Assembly: GCF_964355755.1 (NCBI RefSeq)
Contig: NC_092676.1
Span: 26,678,871-26,742,870, forward strand
Direction of reading: 5' to 3'
DNA: 64,000 nt
Source: Antedon mediterranea
Lineage: Eukaryota > Animalia > Echinodermata
Part shown: positions 63,730 through 64,000 of the stretch, piece after piece
Layout: each line of letters begins with the position of its first letter
How positions within the stretch are numbered: the first letter of the stretch is position 1
Made by a program: the position numbers and the translations under genes
The notes under the pieces: model-generated
Database searches by the model: none
Seen by the model: the letters and a program-made list of their open reading frames with translations, nothing else
Told to the model about the DNA's origin: nothing

Positions 63730-64000
63730 TTATTTTATTTAAAAGTCTTCATTACAGATATTCAGTATCTAATTGCATAATCAGCACCACCTGTATTTAA
63801 ATAACCGATATATTCACATTCGAATAGGAAATCAATATAAATATTCCATGTTGTACAACTAACAAAATCCAAATAATATACAGAATATACATACAGTACA
63901 CCACCACATGGCATTTGAAGCTATTAAAAATTTCAAACTTCAAATTTGGTATACATAAGATTTTTCAACATCCTGTGAAATGCTCACGATCTGTATAATT

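Overview
AT-rich, intron-rich animal (probably invertebrate) genomic DNA, not prokaryotic. Host genes: API5 (12 coding exons, minus strand) head-to-head with LRRC56 (12 coding exons, plus strand, one GC-AG intron); a 3-exon gene for a type II membrane protein with a Tyr-motif cytoplasmic tail and an external Kazal domain; and a cytosolic carboxypeptidase AGBL2/3-like gene (minus strand). API5 intron 6 holds an antisense TRIM (RING-Bbox-coiled coil-NHL) pseudogene and a nested stack of elements (Helentron-type HINE containing a foldback MITE and an RTE LINE fragment). A young full-length Ty3/Gypsy element (25264-33945) has 1210-bp LTRs, an ATTG target duplication, a tRNA-Lys PBS, a PNMA-type gag and a GGGAAAC -1 frameshift signal. 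About 16 copies of one MITE family, several tRNA-derived SINEs and local duplications are scattered throughout. The most unusual pattern is local copies of splice-acceptor/exon-start fragments in three genes, including an inverted copy of a catalytic AGBL2 exon start bracketed by MITE ends. All calls come from manual reading and recalled family motifs; no database searches were run.
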